A stretch of 64,000 bases of DNA from Heptranchias perlo. Taxonomy: Eukaryota. The notes under the pieces are model-generated. The model did not search any database and had not been told where the DNA came from. It saw only the letters and a program-made list of their open reading frames with translations. This document shows, piece by piece, positions 62,765 through 64,000 of this stretch. A program made the position numbers and the translations under genes. Within the stretch, counting starts at the first letter, position 1. Each line of letters opens with the position of its first letter. Location of the stretch: the NCBI RefSeq assembly GCF_035084215.1, contig NC_090340.1, forward strand, positions 15,314,001 through 15,378,000, written 5' to 3'.

Positions 62765-63992
62765 AATTCATCCGCCCAGATGAAAATGTTCCCCCAATGT
62801 AGAATCCAGCTGTTTGTTAAAGGATCCTCGGACATTTGCCTCCTTTGCCGTATCTGGAAGTTTATTCCACATGTTGATCGTTGAGAAGGAGAAATTCCTG
62901 ACATCATTCTTAAAATTATCATTTACTACTTTTTACCAGTGTCCCCTAGTACAGCCCCTACAGTTAAATATTTAGCACTATAAGGGTACAGTAGTGTAGT
63001 GCTTATGGTACTGAACTTTTAATCCTGAGGCCTGGATTTATAATCCAGAGAAGGTGATTGAAACAGCGCCATGGCATTTCCAGAACTTGAAACCAGTTTT
63101 AAAATTTGGAAATAAAAAGCTGGTTTCAGTGAAAAAGCAAGTGACCGTGAAGCTGCCGGATTGTCATAAAAAGCCAAGTAATTCGTTAATGTCCTTTGGG
63201 GACGGAAACCTGCCGTCCTTACTCGGTCTGGCCTATATGAGACTCCAGTCCCACACCAATGTGGTTAACTCTTAACTGTTCTCTGAAGTGGTCTAGTAAG
63301 CTAATCAGTTGTCTCTAACTCAAGACAACTAAAGATGGAGAATAAATGCTGCCCTTGTTGACCACACCACATCCTGAGAATGAATAAAGCAAAAATGTGG
63401 GTTAACTTTATGCGCTTAACATTCTTATATATTTCCATAAGATCACTGCTCAGACGCCGCCTTTCCAGGCTAAAAGATCAAGTTTATTCAGGGTTTCTTC
63501 ATAACTCAGTTCCTTGACACTGGGAAACCAGCCTGGTGGCTCTTCTCTGCACTGGCGCTAGCGCTAACGCTTGTTCATCAGTGACCAAAACTGGTCGCAG
63601 TATTCAATGGTCCATGTGACCAGAGCACTGATGCCAGCTATTTATTTCCAAATTTTAAATACTGGTTTCAAGATCTCAAAATGCCATGGCGGTGTTTGAA
63701 TCACATTCCCTGGATTATAAATCCAGGCCTCTGGATTAAAAGTTCAGTAACATAAGCACTACACTACCGTACCCTTATAGTGCTAGATATTTAACTGTGG
63801 GGACTGAACTTGGGGACACTGGTAAAAAGTAGTAAATGATAATTTTAAGAATGATGTCAGGGATTTCTTCTTCACAACGATCAACATGTGGAATAAACTT
63901 CCAGTTACAGCAAAGGAGACAAATGTCCTAGTAACCTTTAACAAACAGCTGGATTCTACTTCGGGGAACATTTTCATCTGGGCGGATGAATT
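62765..63992. repeat. Imperfect inverted duplication, arms about 359 bp (62765-63123 / 63634-63992), 510-bp spacer
   Basis: Arms are reverse complements across a CR1-remnant/SINE-head junction; ORFs 62620-62922(-), 41691-41873(+) and 63783-63977(-) reflect it. Confidence 0.88.
62985..63395 (+). mobile_element. tRNA-headed SINE sharing both 5' and 3' ends with family B LINE
   Basis: 62985-63312 aligns with 7878-8178; 63320-63395 aligns with 11540-11617. Confidence 0.8.
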
Positions 63993-64000
63993 AAATTCTA

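Overview
Vertebrate genomic DNA, by repeat content most likely a cartilaginous fish (inference), largely filled with CR1, L2, a second APE-RT LINE family, Penelope-like elements, SINEs and palindromic MITEs. The unique sequence holds a tandem, same-strand (+) cluster of three paralogous immunoglobulin-superfamily receptor genes with the layout leader / germline VJ-type V domain / C1 domain / TM / cytoplasmic exons. Copy 1 (17340-21092) has an intact ectodomain, a TM arginine, a 5-7 aa tail and decayed ITIM exons, so it looks like an activating receptor derived from an inhibitory ancestor. Copy 2 (40987-46588) is a pseudogene that lost leader+V and TM by two deletions but preserves a SIRPalpha-like multi-tyrosine tail. 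Copy 3 (59346-62311, continuing past the window) has an intact ectodomain and a TM glutamate. Together they suggest a paired activating/inhibitory, non-rearranging V-C1 receptor family. All alignments and counts were done by eye; repeat boundaries are approximate.
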